Origin: a virus
Direction: 5' to 3' (one strand)
DNA length: 64,000 nt
Virus record (IMG/VR): IMGVR_UViG_3300042013_000045
Coordinates: 64,001-128,000 of that record
Shown here: piece after piece, positions 10,205-20,408 of the stretch
How the letters are laid out: every line of letters begins with the position of its first letter
Numbering within the stretch: the stretch's first letter is position 1
The notes under the pieces: model-generated
What the model saw: the letters and a program-made list of their open reading frames with translations, nothing else
What the model was told of the DNA's origin: nothing
The model's database searches: none
Position numbers and translations under genes: made by a program

Positions 10205-11848
10205 TTAGTTTCGCTGGATCAGACGTTGTACACCGTCTAGAAGTGGCTTAAACTTCTCTTTTCGCAACACAGTGTGGTGCGGACCCAACGCTACGCAGGG
10301 GTTGAGCCTACTGTTGCCAATAGGGTTGGACTTCGGCAAACTACAGAACCCGGTGACTTCAGCATAGCTGGCATCCAGGAACATTGTCGGTCCGACCGGT
10401 TTCGTTTCCTGACTCTTACCACGGCCATGCATGTCGCTCTGTTGAACGATGACTGAGGTAATCTTGAAGAACAAGTTGTCAGATGGATTCGATACCGAAC
10501 TCACTTCAGGGTGTTCAGACCCTGTGGTGATCCCATGGATCAGGCGGGGCTTAAAGTAGGTACGCAGGATGTCTTCGTAATCCTTGTTGGTAAATACCTT
10601 TTTCGTGTTGCTGGTGATCTTGAAGAGGAATTCGAACATGGCGTTGTTGATGTTACGCAAAAGGTAACGCAACACTTCCAGACGCTTGCCGTACAGACTG
10701 GCCACCTGAGTAGCGTTCTGCTCCAGCATGGACGGCATGTTCAGCATCATGTGCACGAAGAGATCGTAAAGATTCTCGCAGTACACCTCGACTTCCATCA
10801 GGGTTTTCTTGACTTCGTGGTCGACATAGCCGTCCAACGATTTCAAGTGAGTGTTCACATCCTCCACAAGCTTACCGTGGGATGGTTCGTCACCGAACTG
10901 GATGTAACCCATGAACACCTTCCACATGTCGCTGTCGCCGACGTCAGCAGGTTCGTTGACATGATCAGGGAAATGATCGATGACATAGAAGAACCCGACG
11001 ATGAGGCTTTCAACCAGCGGTGTGAAGTGTTGACGTTTCACCACCACGATCAGATCAGTTGCAATCTGAGCGTACTCACGCCGTCCACGCAAACCTTCAG
11101 GCTTGTTCTTCGCGGAGGAACACACGATGTATTCCGACTCAGGATACAGCTCTTTGTCGTATTCCGATTCGCGCATCACGATTGGCTGAGCATTGGTGTA
11201 CTTGTCAAAGGTCTCGTAGAAACCATACTTACAGAACAGATAGTGAGCGAGGGTGCTCTGAACCCGACCGAGGTAGATCAGGGTGCTTCTGTTCTTGGAT
11301 CGTTTACCACCCTTGTTGTGCAGCGATGACCAGATGACATACTTCGATACCCGGACCCCGTCTATTACAAGCCAGGATGTGGATCGATTGAATGTCACAG
11401 GAGCGCGAGGCATTCGAATGAACACGTCGTTTTCACTGGTCGAGAAGGCGATATCTCCCATCACGGGACTTACGGCGAATTGCTTGCCGGTGATGTAAAG
11501 CATACCTGCTTGTCGAACAAATGGGAGGTACATGTAGCAGGGAGGTAAGTCCTTGCCATGGTTACGGAACAGGTACTTCACCAGATAAACGTCGCTACGG
11601 GCTAAATCGAATACACGATTCGGGCCATTACGAGATTTAGTGACAACGTTGTACTCCTCTAATGGGTTGCACCGCTCGCTTCTGACAAACTCAAACCCCT
11701 CAGGGTATTGAGACACACCGCAATTGATGATGTTGTCGACATAAGCCTGTGCTGCCTTGATATCCAAGCAAGCCAGGCCCTTGACAACATCCTCGTTGAA
11801 TTTAGGACTACGCTTGCGGTGCATATAAGCGAACAAATCGGTGTCCAT
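10205..11848 (-). CDS. non-virion RNA polymerase beta subunit, N-terminal part (phiKZ gp123-like)
   Basis: LPFVRQAG..ITG, HYLFCKYG, LYGKRLEVLRYLL and C-terminal LDAS.AE...LPKSNP.G.SRLNP; syntenic with the MCP. Confidence 0.8.
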   Translation of the reverse strand: MDTDLFAYMHRKRSPKFNEDVVKGLACLDIKAAQAYVDNIINCGVSQYPEGFEFVRSERCNPLEEYNVVTKSRNGPNRVFDLARSDVYLVKYLFRNHGKDLPPCYMYLPFVRQAGMLYITGKQFAVSPVMGDIAFSTSENDVFIRMPRAPVTFNRSTSWLVIDGVRVSKYVIWSSLHNKGGKRSKNRSTLIYLGRVQSTLAHYLFCKYGFYETFDKYTNAQPIVMRESEYDKELYPESEYIVCSSAKNKPEGLRGRREYAQIATDLIVVVKRQHFTPLVESLIVGFFYVIDHFPDHVNEPADVGDSDMWKVFMGYIQFGDEPSHGKLVEDVNTHLKSLDGYVDHEVKKTLMEVEVYCENLYDLFVHMMLNMPSMLEQNATQVASLYGKRLEVLRYLLRNINNAMFEFLFKITSNTKKVFTNKDYEDILRTYFKPRLIHGITTGSEHPEVSSVSNPSDNLFFKITSVIVQQSDMHGRGKSQETKPVGPTMFLDASYAEVTGFCSLPKSNPIGNSRLNPCVALGPHHTVLRKEKFKPLLDGVQRLIQRN

Positions 11849-11859
11849 ATTCCCTCTGG

Positions 11860-12930
11860 TTAGCTAGATGTCTTGAATTTCGACCACAGCCCGTAGATAG
11901 TGATGGCTGCCCCTAGCAGCCCTGCGATTGTTTTCGCCCCCTCAACCCAGTTGCGTCGAGAGTACATCTCCTTATCCTGGATGGCTTTAGCTATGGCCCC
12001 CTCGTTGCGTATCTGTTGAATGCGCTCGTCCGCTGTCAATTGATCCTGACGCATCTTCGCCTCTTCAACTTTCTTATTGGCAGTGATCAGCTCTACCATG
12101 TTCTTCGCCATGGCTTCGACTGGACCGCCGTTCTTCGCGTCCTCCACTGTACGGTGCAATGAGAATGTAGCATCAGCATCCTCAAAGGTGAATGACCGGT
12201 GAATGGTGTCAGAACACTGAGGTCCTTCGCCCACTGGAGTCCGCGTGACCAGGTGAACGCCGCTTGGATAACTCAAGTCTCTCTCCACTGGGATGAAATA
12301 GATCTGTCCCCCAATGTTGATGTACCTGTGAGCCCGCTGACTCCCAGGCTGGTTATCCACGGCCTTCAGCATCATGATGAATGTAACATCAGACACCCCT
12401 GGCACTATCGCTTCCATCACGGCCCTGTGACGCTGGCTACGGCAGAACGGATGATCCGCTCCACGGTCGCTGAACCACTCGACCAAAAGGTCAAGATCGG
12501 GCATATAGCAACGCCCGCCGGCGTCCAAGAGATCGCGATGGTAAATGACGTATTCCACACTCGCCTCAAGACGGGTGTTGTTATTGTTGTACAGCGCATT
12601 GTCATACGCTTTGATCCACTGATCCCGTTCGGTGTCATCACCAACAGAATCGGTACGCAATACTTCCAACGCTCGCTCCATCACGTCTCGCTGCATAAGC
12701 CGAGCGACGCAGATGACAATCTCATCAGCAGAAGAACGAGAGGTAGGTTGCAGGATGTTGACAGTCCCATCACGTTCGGTGATAGAGATCGCCCTGTCGC
12801 TATGGTTGAAATAACTCACGGTTACGCACGAGTCGACTTTACCGCTTACGTGACTACGGCTGGCAGTGCGAATACGGGTTGCTTGCTTGGGTTGATATGG
12901 TAGCGAAGTGTTACGTGCGTCCGCAGTCAT
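11860..12930 (-). CDS. conserved phiKZ-like protein (gp122-like), C-terminal coiled coil and hydrophobic tail
   Basis: Lies between the MCP and nvRNAP beta; likely start MTADARN. Confidence 0.6.
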   Translation of the reverse strand: MTADARNTSLPYQPKQATRIRTASRSHVSGKVDSCVTVSYFNHSDRAISITERDGTVNILQPTSRSSADEIVICVARLMQRDVMERALEVLRTDSVGDDTERDQWIKAYDNALYNNNNTRLEASVEYVIYHRDLLDAGGRCYMPDLDLLVEWFSDRGADHPFCRSQRHRAVMEAIVPGVSDVTFIMMLKAVDNQPGSQRAHRYINIGGQIYFIPVERDLSYPSGVHLVTRTPVGEGPQCSDTIHRSFTFEDADATFSLHRTVEDAKNGGPVEAMAKNMVELITANKKVEEAKMRQDQLTADERIQQIRNEGAIAKAIQDKEMYSRRNWVEGAKTIAGLLGAAITIYGLWSKFKTSS

Positions 12931-12984
12931 AGAGAGACGACCTTTATTTAAAAAATGACATGATAAGGCAATCATCATGCCTTT

Positions 12985-13022
12985 AGTTCCAGTTTATAAT
13001 GTACGGCTGTAAACTGGTTGAG
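12985..13022 (-). promoter_or_regulatory. phage promoter motif copy (TACATT core)
   Basis: + strand AATGTA at 12998 and GTTGAG 13 nt further on, the same spacing as seven other copies. Confidence 0.55.
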
Positions 13023-13066
13023 TCGTTCTCTATATAAAGGGAGGTGTACTTATAAAAGAAATAAAA

Positions 13067-13098
13067 GACATCCGGGGACCCGAAGGCCCCCGGATGTC
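13067..13098 (-). terminator. terminator after the major capsid gene
   Basis: GACATCCGGGG..CGAA..CCCCGGATGTC next to an A-rich tract. Confidence 0.8.
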
Positions 13099-13131
13099 TC
13101 AAGTGCAGCAGGTGCGCCTAACCCTTACGGA

Positions 13132-15393
13132 TTAAGGGGCGGTAGTACCATTACCGGTGTCACCAGCGTCAGCGCCGTCGGCACCAGGGACGACAGGGGC
13201 AACTGGATCGGTGGTACCAGTGGTACCTTGAAATGTTTCCACCGGAATCTTCCAACCCTCCGACAGTACTTCCGCCAGGCCTTCGATCTTCACCTTGCCC
13301 CAGATTGGGAGGTGGTTCACGTGACGGCTGCGCGGCTGAACCATGGCTTCGCGGATCTGCGCGTCGTTGCGAGCAACGTTGACGTGCGAGATCAGCTCTG
13401 GAATCCACAGCATCGAACCGGAGTTCAGTGGGTCCAGGCCTTCGGTGTTACGGACGAAGGTCCAGTAGATCTCGCCACGGATACGGGCGTCCATGGAGGT
13501 CACTTTGTCGAACTCGACGCCGTCACCCAGAGTGCGGCTGTCGCCTGGCACTACGATGAAACGGTTGATCTTCGGATCGGTACCGATACGCACGTGGATA
13601 GCTTCACCGCTGTAGCCAGTGTAAGCGTCCAGAGCAGTCTGGTAGTTCGATTCGACGATAGCGTCGTACACGTCGTTGCGCAGAACGTTAACGATTGCAG
13701 CCTGGATGTCCAGAACGCGCTCGTGCGACTTCAGCGACACGACTGCTTTACGCAGGTCGAGAACGGTTTCGCGGAACCATGGGCGAACCAGGAAGCGAGC
13801 GATACCTTCAACTTCAGGCAGCAAGTCGTTGGCAGGCATCTCGTCAGCCAGGAACTTCCAGCGGGCCAGGTTTTCGGTGTAACGGATCAGCTGAGTCACG
13901 GCGTTGTTGCTGTTACGCAGGCGCGCAGCAGTGATCAACAGGTCGATGTCAGAGGCGTCACGCTGTTCGGCCAGCGGCGAAGGCATGGAGAACGGAGCAC
14001 CCAGCATTACTGGGTAGCGCTCGGTGTACTCGGAGCTGTTCAGTTGCAGACCGCGCAGACGACGGTTGGCGTTGGACAGACGAGCAGCAGGTTCCCAGCC
14101 CAGTGGCTTCAGGTCAGCCAGTTGAGCAACCAGTTCTTTGGCCGGGGAGGCTTCCAGATCCAGCTTCTCGCCAGCGGCGTTGACGATACCAGCGATGGTG
14201 ATCGGCATGGCGCTAACTTCGGCGTTGCCTTTTTCGGTGTTCACATCACCAGTGATGGTCATGTTCAGGGTAACGACGTAGTCGCCGTCAACGATCTGCT
14301 TCAGAACCGGATCAGTGAACGGCAGGCCCAGGTGGTCCAGGGACTTGCTGTTGATCTGGATCGAGCTGTTACGGAAGCTCAGCTCTTGTTCACGGGCCAA
14401 GCCCTGTGGCGGCTTGATGAACGCAGCACGCGGCATGTTTTCGGTATCAATGCGGATAACGTCGCCATCGCCTTTCTGGAGATAGACGGACTTCAGCGCA
14501 GTGGTACGGTCCAGGCTGTCGGTGTTGTCAGCTTGGCCGGCGATCTTGACCAGAGTGTTCTGGGCCAGGCCGATCAGGTTGACGCGCTTGCCGAACAGGA
14601 GCGGCGAAGTGGTGACGGTGCGGTTGCCCAGGTCGATGGTGCGGGAAGGAACGATGGCTTCGCTAACGAAGAGGTCCTTGTTACCGGCATGGATTTCTGG
14701 GATCAGCGTGGTGCTTTCGTCAGCCAGGATCTTGTAGTTGATCGCAGCTTCCAACAGACGGCGCTGTTTGAAGTCCTGGTGATCGCCCTTGGTGTTGTGC
14801 AGGAAGTGGTTCAGAACCAGCTGGCTGCGGATGGACAGGTCGGCGCCGCCGTTGTCCGGGGTCAGAACCACGGTACGGTAGTAGCCTTCACCGAAAGCGT
14901 CCTGACGGGCGGTTTTCAGGTTGTACATCATGGACAGACCGATGAAGTCGGTCAGGTTCGAGTTTTCGAACGCTTCCATGGCCGGAGCCATTTTGTCGAC
15001 GTAGTCGAACTCGCTCGGCGATTCGATGCCGACGATGTGCATGTTTTCGTTGCTGACGCTCATGTTCGGAGCTTTCATCGCCGCAGCGTGATAAGCTTTC
15101 GGATCAAGAGCAGCCATTGCGATTACAGCAGCAGCGTTCTTTTGGGTCTCGGACGGGCCATTGGCGCCGAACAGACCGTTAACAGCGTTGCCGATGTGGC
15201 TGGCCAGCATTTCGAGGCTGGTGGTCACGTTACCAGCAACAACAGCGTCCAGACCTTCCATGCTGGCCACTTGGCCGGACATTTCAGGAGTGTACGAACC
15301 AAAAGTACCTTGAAGGAGATCGTTCTGCATGGATGCGGCGCGAGCCGTCATCTCTTTGCTAACGCTCTCGGTATTCTTACCGACTACGGCCAT
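13132..15393 (-). CDS. major capsid protein (phiKZ gp120-like)
   Basis: 753 aa with strong codon bias; ARQDAFGEGYYRTV, NANRRLRG and VQPRSRHVNHLPI motifs; N-terminal SME/SLE/AME processing sites. Confidence 0.9.
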   Translation of the reverse strand: MAVVGKNTESVSKEMTARAASMQNDLLQGTFGSYTPEMSGQVASMEGLDAVVAGNVTTSLEMLASHIGNAVNGLFGANGPSETQKNAAAVIAMAALDPKAYHAAAMKAPNMSVSNENMHIVGIESPSEFDYVDKMAPAMEAFENSNLTDFIGLSMMYNLKTARQDAFGEGYYRTVVLTPDNGGADLSIRSQLVLNHFLHNTKGDHQDFKQRRLLEAAINYKILADESTTLIPEIHAGNKDLFVSEAIVPSRTIDLGNRTVTTSPLLFGKRVNLIGLAQNTLVKIAGQADNTDSLDRTTALKSVYLQKGDGDVIRIDTENMPRAAFIKPPQGLAREQELSFRNSSIQINSKSLDHLGLPFTDPVLKQIVDGDYVVTLNMTITGDVNTEKGNAEVSAMPITIAGIVNAAGEKLDLEASPAKELVAQLADLKPLGWEPAARLSNANRRLRGLQLNSSEYTERYPVMLGAPFSMPSPLAEQRDASDIDLLITAARLRNSNNAVTQLIRYTENLARWKFLADEMPANDLLPEVEGIARFLVRPWFRETVLDLRKAVVSLKSHERVLDIQAAIVNVLRNDVYDAIVESNYQTALDAYTGYSGEAIHVRIGTDPKINRFIVVPGDSRTLGDGVEFDKVTSMDARIRGEIYWTFVRNTEGLDPLNSGSMLWIPELISHVNVARNDAQIREAMVQPRSRHVNHLPIWGKVKIEGLAEVLSEGWKIPVETFQGTTGTTDPVAPVVPGADGADAGDTGNGTTAP

Positions 15394-15524
15394 TTCTTTC
15401 TCTCCGGAGGATTGCTGCTCGAGCAGCGGGTTTTGTCGTGTCGAATAGTGTTAAGAACTACGCAAAACGGCAATTTTTTACATACCATTATTTAATAAAT
15501 GGAAAATGCGTTGAATTCGTTGTG

Positions 15525-16055
15525 TTAGTTAATTTGTATTTCTCGTACATACTGTTTGAAAACGTTCGTGCGCACGTAGTCACGGAAGTTCATCAAACCA
15601 TGCAACTTCTCAGCGAATGTTTCTGCGAAGGTCTTGGAACGGGGTTCACCGTCCATACCCATATCGCATCGCAACAGGAGCACGTCTTCGTCAGCCAGTT
15701 CAATTGACAGGCCGTACTTGATACCATGACCTTCACCATTCTTGGTAGCAGTCGCTCCATAGATAAAGGTATCAACAGGAACGTTGGCGTAAGCAGCCCG
15801 CTTCTCGAGACCAAGGATAGGGAGGCAGCACCCGAAGTCGTAGGTCATCAAGCCTGCGGATTTCTGATCAATCCCGGCGACAGCCGCGACACACTCGATG
15901 ATGTTGAAATTGGCCATCTGGTAAAGTTCAACATCTCTTGTCGATAGTATGCACGACAACTTTTCCAAGCTAACGAGATCCTGGTTACTGATACCCATCT
16001 CTTTAGCTACTCGGTCAAGCCACCGAGGTACAAACACGATTTTGTACTGACTCAT
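15525..16055 (-). CDS. conserved hypothetical protein between DnaB and the MCP
   Basis: 176 aa ORF with an upstream GAGG; synteny. Confidence 0.6.
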   Translation of the reverse strand: MSQYKIVFVPRWLDRVAKEMGISNQDLVSLEKLSCILSTRDVELYQMANFNIIECVAAVAGIDQKSAGLMTYDFGCCLPILGLEKRAAYANVPVDTFIYGATATKNGEGHGIKYGLSIELADEDVLLLRCDMGMDGEPRSKTFAETFAEKLHGLMNFRDYVRTNVFKQYVREIQIN

Positions 16056-16094
16056 CTCTTTTTACCTCTGCGTAACCGCAGTTCTAGGACTGGT

Positions 16095-17681
16095 ATGGAC
16101 ATCAAGCTTTTTCTAGTCAAATCCATTTCGCTGCTCTACCTTGAGAGTCAACTCGAGAACTCGTCTAATTCTGGCGCTAAGCTGATTATCCGTGAACTCT
16201 TGGCAGACATCAAACTGCAAGAAAGCGCTGCCGATCACGGCACCGACCGGAACACGCTGAACAACCTCCGCACAACAGTCATGTGGATGCTGTCCAACGG
16301 AGAGTCTCAAACATATGATCTTGACACATTACTCCAGCGGCTGCGGCTAAACGTCCAAGGGGACGACGTCACATATAAGGCGCTGGAGAAAACGATCAAG
16401 CTCTATCCGGACGACGTCATTGCCCGGAAGCTGGCGAACAACATCGTCCGCGAGATGAAGAAGTTCAAGGCAAAAGAAAAGCTCAATGAAGTATTGCGTA
16501 AAGCCTCCTACACCGTTGCTTTTAAAGACACGGAAGTAGAAGACTGGGACAGCTTCATTCTGAACACGGCTCAAGACCTCCTGTCGATCGATATGGACAA
16601 CGATGAGCATCAGGACGCAGCTTTCCTTACGACAGTGAACTTCGCTGACGCAGGGAGCGTAGAGACCGCTTTCGAAGACATGGAACAAACCATGTCCACC
16701 GACGGTATCATCAAGTTCCCCTTTAAAGAGCTGAACAACCTGTTCGGTGTCCAACAAGGTGGTCGACGGGGTGAGTTCGGTCTGGTCAATGCACTGCCGG
16801 GTAACAACAAGTCTGGTACGCTGCTTGACATGTTCATGGGTGTCTGTCTGTACAACGACCCGTTTCTGTTCGACCCATCGAAGAAACCGCTGGTTCTTCT
16901 TTACTCGACGGAAGACGACGTCCCGACCATCATCCAGAAAATCTACATCGTCCTGAAACAGTTGGAATGTGGACACGCGGTGTCTGCACGTGGTTTGGAT
17001 GCCAAGGCTGCTACAGCGTATGTGATGGAGAGACTCAGGGCTCGCGGCTGGGAAGTGGAGATCCACCGCATCCAAGGGTCGTTGATGTCCTATGCCAAGT
17101 ACATCCAGCACATGGAGAAGTACAAGGCCAAGGGATACGAGATTGTAGCCTGCTTCTGCGACTACCTGACCATGTACAACAAAGATGGTTGTGCGTCAGG
17201 TTCCACAGGGGACGACCTGCAAGACTTGTACAAGCACGTCCGTGAGTACACCAACCCGAACAAGATCCTGCACGTGACAGCTCACCAGCTGTCCACCCAA
17301 GCCAAGGAGGAGAAACGTCAGAACCCTGGGAAGTTCATCCGCGACATGCCGGGCGGAGGATACTACCAAGGATGCAAGAAGCTGGACACCGAGGTTGACT
17401 GGGAGATCTACGTCAACAAGCAGGTGGTCAACGATGGGTCGTTCCTCGAATACGTTTGGGGCAAGCATCGTGGCGTAGTAGAGCCTACTCCAGAGAAAGC
17501 CAAGTACTTTGTGATGAAGTACCACGACTACCCAATGTACGGCATCCCGTACGACGTACACCTTGAGAAGTCTCTGGGTTACCGCGTCGTAGGTGGCAAG
17601 CCAATCAACGGGGGTGGTGGTTCTACATGGGATGACATCGATAACCGCGGTAGCGACTTCGGTGAAGACCTCGCAGCGTAG
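16095..17681 (+). CDS. dnaB: replicative DnaB-like helicase (phiKZ gp118-like)
   Basis: GRRGE..ALPGNNKS (Walker A variant), STED, CDYL, TAHQLS and GKHRG. Confidence 0.85.
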   Translation: MDIKLFLVKSISLLYLESQLENSSNSGAKLIIRELLADIKLQESAADHGTDRNTLNNLRTTVMWMLSNGESQTYDLDTLLQRLRLNVQGDDVTYKALEKTIKLYPDDVIARKLANNIVREMKKFKAKEKLNEVLRKASYTVAFKDTEVEDWDSFILNTAQDLLSIDMDNDEHQDAAFLTTVNFADAGSVETAFEDMEQTMSTDGIIKFPFKELNNLFGVQQGGRRGEFGLVNALPGNNKSGTLLDMFMGVCLYNDPFLFDPSKKPLVLLYSTEDDVPTIIQKIYIVLKQLECGHAVSARGLDAKAATAYVMERLRARGWEVEIHRIQGSLMSYAKYIQHMEKYKAKGYEIVACFCDYLTMYNKDGCASGSTGDDLQDLYKHVREYTNPNKILHVTAHQLSTQAKEEKRQNPGKFIRDMPGGGYYQGCKKLDTEVDWEIYVNKQVVNDGSFLEYVWGKHRGVVEPTPEKAKYFVMKYHDYPMYGIPYDVHLEKSLGYRVVGGKPINGGGGSTWDDIDNRGSDFGEDLAA

Positions 17682-17736
17682 CCAAAGAAAAAAGAAAGCT
17701 AGCACCCGGAGCCGTGAGGCTCCGGGTCTATGCCGC

Positions 17737-18120
17737 TTATGCAGTAAGGATGTTGAAGATCCGGCCTGGTTTAAGGGCTGGGTACTTCTCGATCATGGCT
17801 TGGTCGAAGCCAGCTTCCATCCGGCGCACGTCACCACGGATGTCCATGGTAGCGTTATGGATCATGCCACCGCAGGCGTTACGAGTAACGTGAGGCAGGC
17901 CGTCTTCTTTGATGGCGATCTCGTTGATGGTGTAGTAGTCACTGTAGGCTTTGGTGAACAGAGCCACAACCACTTGTTTGCCATCACGCTCGTAGACGCC
18001 GCACCCACCCAGCTTTATCTTCTCACCGCCGTTCTTGTGATCGTCCAGCAGGTGGAAGTCATTCATCTGAACAGCGCTCAGGGTCAGGGCGATGCTGTCT
18101 TGCAGTTGTACTTGGGACAT
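17737..18120 (-). CDS. hypothetical protein
   Basis: 127 aa, GGAG RBS. Confidence 0.65.
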   Translation of the reverse strand: MSQVQLQDSIALTLSAVQMNDFHLLDDHKNGGEKIKLGGCGVYERDGKQVVVALFTKAYSDYYTINEIAIKEDGLPHVTRNACGGMIHNATMDIRGDVRRMEAGFDQAMIEKYPALKPGRIFNILTA

Positions 18121-18162
18121 GGTGAATCTCCTTCGATTGGGTTAGGGTTTGTTGCAGGGTGG

Positions 18163-18324
18163 TTATTTAACGACGTGCATCGCTGCACGACGGGCTTTTA
18201 CTTCGTTGCCGCCGAAGAGGTTGCTGTTGGTCTTAGCCAACGAGTCCATCATCTTCAGGGTTTTGCGGTGACCCCAGTATGCAACTACGCCACCGATTGC
18301 TGCGCCGATAAGGAACTTCTTCAT
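18163..18324 (-). CDS. small single-TM protein
   Basis: MKKFLIGAAIGGVVAYWG..., GGAG RBS before 18324. Confidence 0.6.
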   Translation of the reverse strand: MKKFLIGAAIGGVVAYWGHRKTLKMMDSLAKTNSNLFGGNEVKARRAAMHVVK

Positions 18325-18389
18325 GATGAATCTCCAGTAGATCAGGGTAGGTTTGTAGCAGGTTAGGAAACAGACGACGTACGAGATCA

Positions 18390-18515
18390 TTACTTACCAG
18401 AAGTGCAGGCGGTAACGATTGGCTCGAGAGCCTTCTTCATTGCCTCTACGCGGGCAGGGCGGGTAACAGCGCTAACAACGATGATGCCAACTACGAAGCC
18501 AAAGAAACCTTTCAT
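18390..18515 (-). CDS. small single-TM protein (41 aa, not in ORF track)
   Basis: MKGFFGFVVGIIVVSAVTRPARVEAMKKALEPIVTACTSGK, GGAG RBS. Confidence 0.55.
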   Translation of the reverse strand: MKGFFGFVVGIIVVSAVTRPARVEAMKKALEPIVTACTSGK

Positions 18516-18530
18516 TTTGTGTTACTCCAA

Positions 18531-18719
18531 TTAGTTCTTAACGAACAGGTTACGGACATCCAGCTTTTCAGCGGAGATCATGTGGACGGAAGTGCCCAGT
18601 GGAAGTTCTGTACGTGCAGCAGCAGACTCGACGTCGGTCGAGTCTGCTGTGAAGCAGCTGATAGCCATCGAAGCGAATACGATTACCATCAAAGCGCCCA
18701 GCAGATTGCGACCGAACAT
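18531..18719 (-). CDS. small exported or lipoprotein-like protein
   Basis: MFGRNLLGALMVIVFASMAISC, AGGAG RBS. Confidence 0.55.
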   Translation of the reverse strand: MFGRNLLGALMVIVFASMAISCFTADSTDVESAAARTELPLGTSVHMISAEKLDVRNLFVKN

Positions 18720-18730
18720 GGTGTTGCTCC

Positions 18731-19054
18731 TTAGATATTGAAGCGCAGTGCGTCGGACTCGGCGGCCAGAGCTACTGCTTCTTCGAACAAGCGGTCGGAT
18801 TTGACCTTGTCTGTGCGTTTGCACATTACGCACTCGGTGAGGAGTGCTTCGGAACGGGCTTCCATCTCGTCAGCCAGTTCAATGTTGGTTTTAGCCACAG
18901 CAGCTTTCTCTGCACGCTTAGCGATAACCAGTACCTGGTAAGCACGCTTGTTCTTCCGGGCTTGAAAGAGACCTTTCAGTTTCTGGATGAACGAGCGTTT
19001 TGGAACTGGCATCTCAATGCGGTTAGCTTCGAGTTGTTTGATGATAGCGAACAT
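18731..19054 (-). CDS. hypothetical helical protein
   Basis: 107 aa, GGAG RBS. Confidence 0.6.
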   Translation of the reverse strand: MFAIIKQLEANRIEMPVPKRSFIQKLKGLFQARKNKRAYQVLVIAKRAEKAAVAKTNIELADEMEARSEALLTECVMCKRTDKVKSDRLFEEAVALAAESDALRFNI

Positions 19055-19076
19055 GGTTAGTCTCCAATGACTAGGG

Positions 19077-19247
19077 TTAGTATTTCTTTGCTACTTTCGC
19101 AGCGATGATCTCTTCGGCAGTAGCGCCGGGTTTAGCAGTTGGTTCATCAGAGCTAGCGCAGCAAGCTGCGATGAGGAGAGTCGACAGGATCACCACGACA
19201 ACCGCAGAGATCAGTTTACCCGTCCTCGACATTTCGTTGGCGTCCAT
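19077..19247 (-). CDS. small membrane or lipoprotein
   Basis: MDANEMSRTGKLISAVVVVILSTLLIAACC, AGGAG RBS. Confidence 0.55.
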   Translation of the reverse strand: MDANEMSRTGKLISAVVVVILSTLLIAACCASSDEPTAKPGATAEEIIAAKVAKKY

Positions 19248-19257
19248 GGGACACTCC

Positions 19258-19413
19258 TTACTTAGTGGCTTTCTTCTTGAAAGAGAACTTCGGACCCCAC
19301 GGGATGTTGATGCTGAACTCATCGGGCATGTTAGCCGAGAGGGTTTTGCCAGCATAACGACCCAATACATAACCAGCTACAGCAGCACCGCCAAACAGAA
19401 GTACATTCTTCAT
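19258..19413 (-). CDS. small single-TM protein (51 aa, not in ORF track)
   Basis: MKNVLLFGGAAVAGYVLGRYAGK..., GGAG RBS; first gene after the promoter at 19472. Confidence 0.6.
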   Translation of the reverse strand: MKNVLLFGGAAVAGYVLGRYAGKTLSANMPDEFSINIPWGPKFSFKKKATK

Positions 19414-19458
19414 GATGATCTCCAAGATCTAGGGTAGGAGTAGAAAGATTAGTCTCTC

Positions 19459-19500
19459 TATTCACGTGTACAATGTATTGCTGAAAATAATTCGAATCAA
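19459..19500 (-). promoter_or_regulatory. phage promoter motif copy
   Basis: - strand TTCGAA-N13-TACATT-N6-GTGAATA. Confidence 0.7.
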
Positions 19501-19513
19501 AAATAAAGGCACC

Positions 19514-19557
19514 CGGCATACAGCCCTCCTAGCTATCACGGCTAGGAGGGCTGTATG
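19514..19557 (-). terminator. hairpin + TATGCCG terminator-like element
   Basis: CATACAGCCCTCCTAGC...GCTAGGAGGGCTGTATG. Confidence 0.75.
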
Positions 19558-19558
19558 T

Positions 19559-19705
19559 TTAGAGATCGGCAGTGTCGAGTAACACACCCGCAGCACGGGC
19601 TTCTTGGTACAACACTTCTTTGGAGGTGGGTTCTTCACGGTAGAAGATCAGGGTTAGTACCAGACAGACGCAAAAGGTGATGATCAGCTTAGCTTCTGGT
19701 TTCAT
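19559..19705 (-). CDS. small single-TM protein (48 aa, not in ORF track)
   Basis: MKPEAKLIITFCVCLVLTLIFYREE... Confidence 0.45.
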   Translation of the reverse strand: MKPEAKLIITFCVCLVLTLIFYREEPTSKEVLYQEARAAGVLLDTADL

Positions 19706-19727
19706 GGGTTGCAGGTTCTCGGTTAGG

Positions 19728-20351
19728 TTAAGGATCGACGGGGGTTGTGAGGTCTATGATGATGAGTTCTTGCTCAGCGATGCGGTCGTTAGCCTTTTGC
19801 AACTCGGCAGTCAGACGCAGCACTACAGCACGATCGGTCTCGCGGTTCTTCACCGCTTCATTCCGGGAGATGGTCAGTTGTACATGACGCTCTTCGGTAA
19901 TGATGTCACTGATCTCACCACGGGTGATGAAGACCGTAGGTTCTACACCGATGAAGTCAGAGACTGCACTGGCGATTACCTGTTGCAGCTGAGTGGTATC
20001 CAGGCTGTCAGGGATCATCCCCAACGAAGCACTGGCAATCAGGTGGCTGTAAGGCACGCTGCCCATGTACGGGTAGCTATCGATGTACGTGTCAGGCACA
20101 TACATCAGTTCTCCGGCACGCGTCGCCAGCACGACGATAGCCGCGCCTTCGTCGATGTCCGCTTGCATGAAGGATTCGTCATCAATCCCGACGGGGTTGT
20201 AGATGAGCTTCATTGGATCAGAGTTACGAGCCCTGATCTCAGCAAACGACCGGATGGCCGTTACGGTATATTCAATGTCCGCAACAGTTTTAAACGGTAG
20301 CCTTAGAAGAAAGGCACCCTTGATGCCAGGGGCTGGAGTCAATCGTGCCAT
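19728..20351 (-). CDS. conserved phiKZ-like hypothetical (probable virion) protein
   Basis: TPAPGIKG..L..PF and YVPDTYIDSYP motifs; C-terminal coiled coil. Confidence 0.6.
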   Translation of the reverse strand: MARLTPAPGIKGAFLLRLPFKTVADIEYTVTAIRSFAEIRARNSDPMKLIYNPVGIDDESFMQADIDEGAAIVVLATRAGELMYVPDTYIDSYPYMGSVPYSHLIASASLGMIPDSLDTTQLQQVIASAVSDFIGVEPTVFITRGEISDIITEERHVQLTISRNEAVKNRETDRAVVLRLTAELQKANDRIAEQELIIIDLTTPVDP

Positions 20352-20408
20352 GTGGTCCACCATTGAGAATAAAAAGGTATGGGGTTGTCAGTCCCATACC
20401 ATTCACCC

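Noticed and set aside
8077-15495. Very long + strand ORFs (724, 272 and 825 aa) opposite core genes
   Set aside because: Antisense shadows produced by the codon bias of the real - strand genes (RGG protein, nvRNAP beta, MCP); no RBS or recognisable motifs.
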